DNA of 64,000 nucleotides from Microbotryum violaceum (Eukaryota): NCBI GenBank assembly GCA_001244265.2, contig CDLV01000009.1, positions 868,001 to 932,000 of the forward strand, read 5' to 3'. Shown piece by piece: positions 51,701 to 64,000 of this stretch (position 1 is its first letter; each line of letters starts with the position of its first letter). The notes under the pieces were generated by a model. It saw only the letters and a program-made list of their open reading frames with translations, ran no database searches and was not told where the DNA came from. The position numbers and the translations under genes were made by a program.

Positions 51701-53894
51701 AGGTTCAGAATGAAAAGTGCGCAGTCCGCCAAAAGCGTGAATCATCGGCGTCGCGAGGTCGCACTTCCATTGAGTACGACCGAAGTCGTCCCTCTCTTGC
51801 GCCTCGATCTTGTAGTCTGGTCTTTGCCATGAGGAGTAAGTGTCCGCACGCAGGAGAGAACAGTACTCGGAGAGCAAGGGGATGGCCGTGCCGTAAGTCA
51901 GCAGCGCGCCGGTCTCGGGAACGCGATAAACGGGCGTGTCGGGCAGCTCAGGTCCGTCGTCCTCATCAATCTCGGGCAACTCGATCCGGCTACCGTACAT
52001 TGCTCGAAGTTCTGGCTCCATCTTCTGACACCTCAGAAACACTTCCTCCTCGATCGATCCGGGCTGGGCGAGCACGACAAAGTCCGAATTCTTCTCGCGC
52101 GCACGTCCACGCGACTGGATGTACCCCGTCATCGTCTGCAGACCATCGAAACGGATGACGACGTTGCAAGCACGGAAGTCAAGCCCTTCTTCCGCGACCT
52201 TGGTTGCGCAAACAAGATTGACCTCGCCCGTGCGGAACGCAGCGACGACGCGTTGTTGTTCTGCGATCTTCATCCCTGAGCTCGCGAGATTCTCGGCCTT
52301 GCCTTGATCGCCGTGGCCAACGAGGAACGCTGGCCTGAGCCAATCGAACGACTCAACTCGCCTCAAGATCTGGGTCAAGATCTGAGTGTCGTGGCGCGCT
52401 TCCATGAAGCAGATACCGTGAAATTCCGGTCGGTCCCGATACTTGGCCAAGACATCAACCAAAGCTCGAGCATGAGTCGAGAGATTGTCGACATCGATAC
52501 TCGCCGGAACGAGAGCTTCCAGTTTATCTTGTACCGAGACGGCGAGCTTGAGATCCTTCGCCAGCTGGGACAAGTAGATCGCTAATCCCGCCTTACCAAA
52601 CTTTTGTCGGACGAGATCGATCCTGGCGGGGATACGTCGGTCAAGCTCGAGATGGGTCAAGTGTTCGACTTCGCGCAAGAAGATGGTCTCGCTCGGCGTA
52701 ATGCCGTCGGAAGGCGGTTGAAACGCAATCAATGCGAGACGTTCCTTTGGTTTCGAAGCAGAATTCTGTATCGAGTCTGCGTGACGGGAGGATACTTCGT
52801 AGATGCGAGCGTCGAGATTGGCTTCGAGCTCGCTGATTGACTTTTCGGGGCTCTTGGCGTTGAAGATGGGCGAAGCGGTGAGGGCCAAAATTCGAGGTAC
52901 TTTGTCACCTGCCACTTTTCGAGGATGGTAATGATCCTTCATGCTGAATCACATCCCACGCGAAGAGGACGATCAGCGTTCGGACACTTGAGCATTTTCA
53001 CAACGAAGTCACGTGCTCGTTTGCGTCGCTTGGTCGCTTTGATCGCAACGGGCACGGGAACTCACATTTGGGCATAAGGATGTCGCTTCGAGCAATGGTG
53101 TGCTTCGTCAAACACGATCAACGAGACCTGCGGAGTGATAAGGTCTTATCATCAATCAATCGCACCAACCATCTCACTACACCAGGACCGTACTAACCCT
53201 TTCCAGGTCCCAATACGCATTGGTCAGGATGTCGAGCCAAATCTGAGCCGTCATGACGACGACGTGGGCATTGGCGAGATTGGCGACCCACTGCTCCCTT
53301 TTCCAGTACTCGACGCCCATCGCGCCGATAAAGGTCGCGACCGTGAGCGTGGTCTGCCTGCGTAGGACGGCGGCGACTTGGTCGACGAGCGAGACGGTTG
53401 GGACGATGAAGACGACGAGGCGGTGCACTTGAGGTTCACTCGCGAGGACGGGTTGCGAGGTGATGTGGCGAGTCAATAGGATCGCGATCAGGGTCTTTCC
53501 TGTTCCCTGTGTGGTATAGTCGCGTGCCAAATAGGGAGGTGGAGCGGGTGGTGGGGGGGATTTTCGGACACAAAGAGCCCGGCGTCAGTCGCTGCAGTCT
53601 CGCGCACACCATGTCAGGCGATCATAATGCAAGCTGACCGTGTCCATCCTACAGATGATGTTGCGCTTGACTACGGCATCCGCATCGACGCGATCCCAGG
53701 TGAGATCGCACGCGGTGATTGCGAGGGTCCAATTGGCACTCGATCAGCGCTGAGCCAGGTCTCCGAGCTGAGTACGAAAACAGCGTCGACCACGCCCTCC
53801 AGCACTCACCTGCAGCATCCATCGCTTTTTCCTGGTACAACCTCGGCACATGCAACCCCGGCGGAGCGGCATCAGCCACAGCAGCATCGCCCAT
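48782..53894 (-). CDS. DCL: Dicer-like ribonuclease III (helicase, DUF283, 2x RNase III, dsRBD)
   Basis: MDT|GTGKT, DEAHH, LALTASP, ATKVAEEGLD, YIQSRGRAR, DUF283 (AIPLLSEYCSLL), RNase IIIa YEILETVGDSFLK, RNase IIIb YEREEFLGDALLD and PKVLGDAFEAILGAIFLD. Confidence 0.96.
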
Positions 53895-54307
53895 GATCAA
53901 CGTCGTCCAGCTCAGGGGTGCCCCACCAACAAGCCGGTTGCGAACCGAAACACTGGCAAACCGGCGAGCGCGCGCAAGCTGAGCGAGCCGGCTCACAGAC
54001 GTGCACAGACTGCTCACACTGCAGCGCTCAGCCCAAGCACGACGATATATGCAACGCTACAACTGCGCATACTGAGTATTTACTTCTTAGACGTCCATTC
54101 TGAACACAATCAATATTAATGATAGACTTAAAAATTCAAAGCAAAGGGGAGAACCTTTCCTCCCTCGCCCATATTCACTTGGCGATCGGGATAAAAAAAA
54201 TCGTCCCCCACTCGATCGGCTCGGATCCACGCCGTACGGCTCGCTCTCATCGTTCAATCGTACATATGCTCCCGGACGAAACATTCCGTTCGAGCCTGAT
54301 CCTAAGC

Positions 54308-57020
54308 CTACGCCGACGTGGGCGTGCGAGGGCGGAACTTGAGCCGTGTGCCGTCCTTGGGGAAGATCGTAGCAATGATCCTGTCAAGAGGAAGACGAAA
54401 GTAAGTCCTGGCAATTTGACCACCCGCAAAAGTACGCAACTCACTGGATCTCGTCACTCTCGGCCGTCTTCTCGTGCTCCCAATCCATCAATAGCGCTGC
54501 CGTCCCCAAGCACGCCGTCATGTGCATAAACACATAGTTTTGCGCGATGCATCGATGCGCTCCCGCACCAAACACGAGCCACGTCTTCGAGTCGGTCGTC
54601 TCAAAGTTGGCTCCTCCCGGCATCCAGCGCTCGGGGATGAACTCGTCCGGATCCGGGTAGATGCTCGGATCGTGCAGAGAGTTCCAGAACGAAGGGATCA
54701 GCATAGTACCCTTGGGCACCGTGTAGTCTTCTGTGATCGGGAACGCCTTCTTGGTCAAGTAAGGCACCATAAGAACAGGCGGTCGGTGACGAAGCACCTC
54801 GCGCACGACCGCGTTGGTGTAAGGCATCTGTTCAAGCTGCTCCAAGGTGACCGCCGACTCGTGATCGCCGGCGCGGATGCGCTCCTGCTCCTCACGGACC
54901 TTGGCGAAGACGGCGGGATAGTCGGCGAGATGTTGGAAACCGAATGTCAGCGAAGAGGACATGGCGTCTATGTAAGGGTCATCGAAGTCCGCACACATCA
55001 GCAACCCGACCATATACGAAGCCAGAGCTACAGGGACCAGACAACGTACCTTGACTGGCGAAAATGAAGGACAACAAAACCAACGACATCTCGTGGTCCG
55101 AGTATTCCTTAACGAGCAGGTTCGGTCGTTCGGCGCCGCCCTCCTTGTTGTCTTGGTACTCCCTCGTAGCGAGGATCTGTTCGACCCAAGCATCCAGCAA
55201 GCAATCGGCCTCCTTGCCGGCCATCATCGCTTCCTTCGATTGGCGAGCAGCGGCAGCGAGGTACTTGAGCGTCGAAGCGCGGGCTCGGCAGGCGTTGTAG
55301 ACCTTAGTACCGGGGAAAGAGAAGGGGAAGTTGACCAGTTCGAGCGCTTTGGTGATGAGCCAGTACTTGTCCGTGATCTCGCGGACGTTCTCCTGCGCAA
55401 TGTAGTCACCGCAGAAGACTCGGAGCGAGGTCTCCATATTGAGGTCGCGGAACAGGAACGTGTAAGGCTTGGGCTTCGGATCGGGGTCGACTAGCCATTC
55501 CTTGAAGAAAGATCGGTAGATGCGGTCCTGAACCTTGAGGTAGATGCTGCAAAGAAAGGAAGGGTTTGGGTGGTCAGATGAAATTCCACTGAGAATTCTG
55601 AAGCAGGGCAAGGGCGACTCACGCGAGGGCCTGGGATGTGAACAAGACGTTCAGCCCCTTTCGATACTCGTTGTGGACCTTTCCATTGAGGAAGACCCTG
55701 CACACGAAGAAAATAATCGATCAGACGATCGTTCACGTGACGCTCCTCCCATAATCAACTGATGACCCACCAGTTCTCCGCTGTTGATTAAAATTGTAAA
55801 GATGACGAGTCAGTTATGAGTCGAGTTGGATATAAAAAGTATAAACGCACGCAACAAGATTTGCTTGGCCGACCTGACGAGGCACGGCTCGGTGTAGCTT
55901 GAGGCATTCAGGATCTTGCGTGAGTAGTCGGTAGTGGAAGCAATGACGATGAAACTGTCGAGGAGATCCACATGAGTCAACACCGTCATCACTCCTGCAG
56001 AGATCTGCAATCCCGCCTTTCGACGCGCGGAGATCTCTGAAACTCACATGTTGAAGACTCTGTTTTGACAGGACGGACCGAGCGGGAAGGCCGAGGACGA
56101 TCGCGTCAGCGCGGCACTTGGATCGGTCTGAACCCGAACTCCTCTGCTAGACTCACGAGACCGAAGCCAAAGGTTTGGCCCAAGCTGTTATACCAGAAAG
56201 GGAAGTCGCCAAAGAGCCACATAATCAGTGATCAGCTCGAGCTCGATGTATCCGCCGACACCGGCGTTGATCGCGCCAAGAACGTAAGCGCGCGAGTGGG
56301 CGGCGGCCATTTGTCGATGAGGTAAGCCATGCTCTTCGCAACACCGAGGCAGCGCGCACTCACATCGCATGTAAGCCTCCATTGACGGATGCAGCGACTC
56401 AGCGAACTGGCCGATCAAGGGCTGTGTAGGATGGTTTCCGCAAAGTAAATTAGTGTTTGTTCCGTCTACTCTTCGATTGCTAAAGGAAGTCCATGTTCGT
56501 GCACGCTCGCTCCGCAGCCGCAGGGCTGAATCGGCTCGGCCTTGAATGGTTCAGATTCTTGTTGTGATGGTGCCATGATGGTTCGCAGCGACCGCCCCCG
56601 ATCTTCTCGCGCGAGCAAGGGCGCGCGCACACACTTCAACGCCGAGCCGGAGCCCGCGGCGCCCGCCATGGAGCCTGCTGGGGGTTATCACCTCGGCGAG
56701 AGACAGAGCGAGGCCTCAGGCGAGGTTCCGTCCTCCGCGTGATTGAGATCCGCGAGCGAGGCGAGCAGGCAAGATGTATAGGGCTGAATACTCACAATCT
56801 GCCACTTGTGTCCGGGTAAAGCGCCCTTCCTGTAGCGCCACCATGTCTGCTCGGCCACGAGCAGCGAAACGATCAGGACAATCGTCGTCGACCAGAAGCT
56901 CGTAGTCGTCGAGCCCGACGAGAAGAGGCTGAACGAGAACGGGCTCGAGAAGGAGCTGAATGAAGGCAACGACGAGGGTGTCGGTTCCGTGATGTAGGCT
57001 GATGGTTGCATCGATGGCAT
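54308..57020 (-). CDS. ERG5: Cytochrome P450 CYP61, C-22 sterol desaturase
   Basis: ALELVNFPF, FIFASQ|DAMSS, EVLRHRPPVLMVPY (ExxR), FIPERW, heme motif FGAGAHRCIAQ and IIATIFPKDG. Several microexons. Confidence 0.95.
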
Positions 57021-58133
57021 TGTGGCTGAAGTCCGTCTGGCGTCGATTGGGAGCTCGGGTACGGTCGAAGAGAGAGTGGAGGGCGGTTAGAAATCGAAAA
57101 ACATTCCTGAGTCGTCTCATGCCGATCGCCTCCGACCGCTACCTGCCGTCCGCTCGCCGATCTTTTTCGTCGCCGGGCGCATGCTCTCTCGCAAAGTGCC
57201 TCAAGTCCGTGAGACTACTCGGTAGTCGGCAGGGTGTGGCAATCTGTGCGCACGGTTGCACGATATGCACTCGTAAGCGAGCAATGTCATGGGTGGCCTG
57301 ACTCATCATTCAGGTCGGGCTCAAGCTCGGATGCTCCGTCGGCTCACTTGAAAATCCACAATTCACCGAGAGTTGTCGCGTCGTCGATCAGCACTGACTC
57401 CAGACAGACCATTTTGTCCCGGTTGATCTCTCCTTAATCTGAGATATCTGCCTAGGGTCTGTCTCTAAAGTGTCCGCCATGCTCGACCTCCTGAATGAAG
57501 GCCGTGCGCGTACGCTGCTGGCGCGGTCTTTCGCTCATTCGCCTCGGCCGGCTTTGTGCGCTTCATCGCCGGTGACGGCCACGACGATCACGAACTCAAG
57601 GCGGCGTAAAAACCGGTTTTGCGCGCGCAACGTGGACCCATCGTCCAAGCATGCTTCTGTTTTCCCTTCTACACGACAGAACCACCCACCAGTATAAAGT
57701 CGACACCGCGCGTCCCGATTATTGCGCAGAGAGATTTCGGGAGTTGAAAGAGCCTTCACTACTACTGGGTGAGGTTAGTTTGAGAGGCAGTAGTGAACTG
57801 CAGATTTTTGTTTCGCGATGGGGACTCGAAGAAGGACCATGCAAACAAGTAATTCAACTATTTTGGGTCGGTTTCCTCGCAAAGCTGGTGCTGAGAGTTC
57901 AGTATGAGAGTTGTTAAATTTTCCCACACTGCAAAAGTACAATCTACATCAAATCTGGAGTTACGTATGTATTCTACCTACCTGCCTGTACCATGCCGGA
58001 AAGTGATTCACGATTCGAATTCGGCGTCGGCCCGGCCGGCGTGATCGAGGTAGTCGCTGGCTAGCTGGCTGCTTGGCCTTGGTCAGCGCAGTCACCGTTG
58101 CCACTCTGGGCCAGAGCCTCCCTGCAGCACACC

Positions 58134-60366
<2,233 letters not shown>

Positions 60367-62436
60367 TTCGATCGCTGGTGGAGGATCATCGGGGACCGAA
60401 TATACTGGGGTTCATCGAGGACTGGGGTTTAAGTTGGGGTGAACAGTGGGGCTAGTACACCAGCACATGTGTCCTGAGTCTTTCACATGTATGCGACTAG
60501 TTCGCTTCGTCAAATCTCTACCGGCGCTGTACGCGTGCCAATAGGAAGGAAGGCGGTTACGCAATGCGACAATGAGATTGAACCTTGCAATTTCCCAATG
60601 GGACGTGAAGAGGCATTTGTTTATTAGTGATTGGGAAAAGGAGTCTCGCCATTCAGCCCGTTGCTCGAAGTCGCTCGAAATTGGTCGTCGAAAGAGTGAT
60701 CCACGCCGGCGGTCGCGACGTCAGGTCCACACGCCTACGCGCAACGAGATCACGCCACACATACTCACATACGAGAAGCGATCGACGTCCTTGCCATCCG
60801 AGACGCGACGGAAGATTTCTCGCGACGGAAGACTTCTCGCTCTTCCTGATAGACTGGCGACCCGACAAACGCTTCATCAGGGAGTCAAGAGGCCAGGGTG
60901 GTTGAGCGCCGTACGACCCGTTGAGTTCCCGCCATCCTCACACAATGAGTAGAGTATCGCCATGAAGCCTAGCGTGGCCCATCGGGTTTGATTTGGGCCA
61001 AGCGCCTTCCACTGCGCTGGCGCTAAGAACCCGAGGCATCGACCGAGCGCATCGGCAACACTGCAACGCTCTCGACTTTGCGGTGGGAGATCGCCATTGG
61101 CAGGTGGCGAGGGAACGGTTAGAGAGCTTGTAGAGGAGACCTGGGGTGATCGGGGGTGTCGGGAGGGTCGGGGGGTTGGGGGGGCATAGTGTGGAACTTG
61201 GTGTGTTGAGAGCACGCGTATGTTGACGCTGAGCGCTGATGGTCAGGAATCGAGAGCTGCCTCGGCGACTGGATCCGCGTGCCCGGCGCGCACCATCTCC
61301 TGTCCAAGATTCCGGGGAAATGACGTACACCCATTCGAGACGACAACTCGCGCGCGAGTGGAAAAAATTGGGAAACAACGGGGACCTAATTTTTTGGCCC
61401 GCGTTGTCCATTCATGCAAGGTGCACTTGTGATTTATGCAAGATGCACTTGTGTAGGATAGCATTCCAACCATCAGTCACGGCAAGAGATGGTCGCATCA
61501 TGCTGGCAGTCACTACCAGGTACTCTAGGAGAGAGCCATGTCGAGGATTTGAACGAGCTGGTGGCGGTAGTACTAGTAGCTGAGAACGCACTGCAAGACA
61601 AAACACTCGGTCATCGACTTCGTCAACTGTGAAGAGGTGGTGGAACGCGCGGCCAGTGGTAACGTCGACGGTGCAGTGCAGACTCGGAAGGGAACGTGCA
61701 GCGTGAGTGACCACCTGTTAGCCCGGGAAACCGGAGAGGGGAGGTCCGAGCGTGCGAGCTCGATCGGCGCGTCAAATCCTTGCAGCAAAGGCCGAGAAGA
61801 ACATCGAACCCTGTTTCATCTCGCCTTACGAGTGGTACCTTCTATGTGAGCCTGAGGTGCCCTGTTCGCCTCGGAATTCTACGTGGGTTGTGCCAGCAGG
61901 TGCCTCGTCCTTGGGCTGATCAGCCTGGCCAGATCCGACATATATTGAGCCTCTTTCGTGACACCTCCTCTCATTTCCCCAGGGTCTCCCTTTATGTTTT
62001 GTGGTTTCGTGTGCACGTATCGAGATGCGCATGCACGATATTAAATCCGTTAGCGACCCAGTAGTAGTGAAGCCCCACTGGCCGACGGGCCTTCATCGGC
62101 CTCTTACCTCTACCTTTGCCACGCACCGCTTACGCCGCGTTTCTAACGCTTCCGACTGCCGGCCCTTATTCTGGATACTTTGAGGACTCGTCGGTACGCT
62201 GTACACCAACATAAAAGATACCCCTTAGGACGTTCTTCGCCTATTCCGCACCGCAACGCGATCGCATCACCACCTGAAGCCGAGCGATTCCACCCGCCGC
62301 ATACAAGGACTCCCTACATCATCCGTCTATCTATCGCACCGTAATCCGACCCTAGCGCAACAAGAAGTAGTCCACTGCCTCACCTGCGCTCTCACGCCCA
62401 TTCGATCGACGCATTTGCTCCCCCGCGTTCTCGGCG

Positions 62437-63377
62437 ATGGTGCAGCTGTTCGAAACGTCGTGCACATTCGGGTTCCCGTGGACGGCGCAGGTCTTTGCGG
62501 TGCTCAACAAGTACCCGAACCCACTCGCGCCCCATGTCGTCAGCATCGACGTCATCAGTCGTACCATACTCGACGACGGCACCATACGTAGCGAGCGGCT
62601 GTTAGGGTTGCAGCAGGATTCGCCCAAGTGGGTCAATCGGGTTAGTTCACACAAACCACCGAGCAGAATACTTTCGACCTCGAACACGCTCCGTGTGGTA
62701 AATCAAATTTACAATCATCCCCTGCTGAACCTAATGAGCGACTCGCACAGATGCTCGGGTCACAAGACACGACCTATTGCCGCGAGGTGTCGTTCGTCGT
62801 ACCTTCCTCCCTTGTAAATCCTGCCGTTTCCTCGACCGAAGCGACCTCTACATGCCACCTCGAGCCGCCCAAACTCCTCATGGCCTCGACCAACCTCACC
62901 CTATCGCACATCATGCAGTGCCGCGAATCCATCTCCTACCTCCCACTACCATGGCCCCACGTACCCGAAAAGACCGTCGCACAACTCGCGCCTTCCTTAC
63001 TCTCCTCCTCGACCCCAAGACCCTCAACCTCTTCCTCTCCATCATATCCAACATCCCGCCATCCCCTCAGCCATCCTTCCTTACCCCCTTCGACACTCTT
63101 TTCCCAATCCGCCCTCATCTTCACCACCGGCAAACTCGCCGCCGAACCTTACCCACCAATAGGAATATCCGCCCACTCACCCATCAAACCCCGCTCCTTC
63201 CCATCGGCTTCAACGTTCCCACAACGAGCGGCGGGAAAAAAGATTGAACAATGGGCGCAGGGGAGATTCGAGATGAATGCCGATGGGGGGAGAGGCGCAA
63301 TGGAGTGGGCCGCCAAAAAGTTTTGGCAGCAGGAGTGGGACAACGTCTCGGCTGCATCGGCGGGGGCGTCGTATTAG
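62437..63377 (+). CDS. UPS2: PRELI/MSF1-domain mitochondrial lipid-transfer protein (Ups2/PRELID3-like), 2 exons
   Basis: NKYPNPLAPHVVSIDVISR, GTIRSERLLG, ASTNLTLSHIMQCRESISY and IEQWAQGRFEMNADGGRGAME. Confidence 0.85.
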
Positions 63378-63609
63378 GGAGGAGCAGATCGGTGGAGAGT
63401 TATATAGTATTGGCCGGGAGGAAGGCGCAGATGTAATACGGAATAAAGTAGAGTATAAGGAAATCTTATGTCTCGCGAGCATACGAACGAACAGAGCTGA
63501 GGGGGCCGAGCGCGCGCGATCTCCGATGAGAACGAAGGTCGTCGGGATCCCTTCGTCCGTCGTTCGAGGCAATGTCCTTCGACCGTTATCCTCGCTAGCA
63601 TCTTCCTCC

Positions 63610-64000
63610 CGTTATCTGCTGGTCACCCACAACCCTCTTCTGCACAGCTCGCAGCACATTCTAGTCCTCCCGTTCATCCCGAGGTGAAACTCGACCAATC
63701 CTGACTGTTCGTACGACGTGTCGCTCGGAGTCGGCGCCAACCTCCACACTCGAACGAACGACTAACCGCCGAACGCCGGTGATAAAAATCGCACCTTACC
63801 GTAGACAGGAAGGAGACCTCCACACACAAGATGCAACGCCTCCGTTCCATTCTCACATCGAAGAACCTGAATACCAATGACCCATGTCGTCCCACTTCAT
63901 ACCGCGTCAACCCAGCGTTCGAAGACGATCTCGACTCCGAGGACATCAACGCCCAACGTCGCGGCGCGGCCGGGCGTCATCACGGTCGAAAACACCTTTT
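63610..64000 (-). CDS. Hypothetical protein, 3' exons only (runs off the right edge)
   Basis: Open exon-like segments (KVFSTVMTPGR...RWVDA; VLRCENG...LLPVY) bounded by GTATGA and GTAAGG donors and CAG acceptors. No family recognised. Confidence 0.3.

Noticed and set aside
57030-58130. Sterol-regulatory (SREBP/Upc2) sites in the ERG5-VPS4 divergent promoter
   Set aside because: No convincing full consensus match seen.

Overview
Eukaryotic, intron-rich fungal DNA (GT-AG introns mostly 60-120 nt with CTRAC-type branch sites). The gene style suggests a basidiomycete, probably Pucciniomycotina/Microbotryomycetes-like (inference). Most ORF-track entries are exon fragments or shadow ORFs. Recognisable genes, in order: Oxidored-like protein, RAD51D-like paralog, SprT/GCNA-like protease with HMG-like tail, UGP1, ChaC/GCG1, HNH endonuclease-like protein, FG-nucleoporin, GFA/Mss4-like protein, SIT/ARN siderophore transporter, ARC18, kynurenine-formamidase-like hydrolase, F-BAR-RhoGAP, a disrupted double amidohydrolase, ankyrin-DIL protein, Dicer, ERG5, VPS4 and UPS2/PRELI. 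An accessory-looking segment (~32.2-44.7 kb) holds degenerate repeats, a TIR-bounded pogo/Tigger remnant with a nested short repeat, the amidohydrolase pseudogene, and a 4-exon gene not resolved by the ORF track. That gene encodes a 63-aa secreted peptide with a mirror-symmetric C-x2-C-x3-C-x10-C-x3-C-x2-C motif and is the best candidate for novel biology. No tRNA, rRNA or CRISPR was seen. Exon boundaries were assigned by eye.
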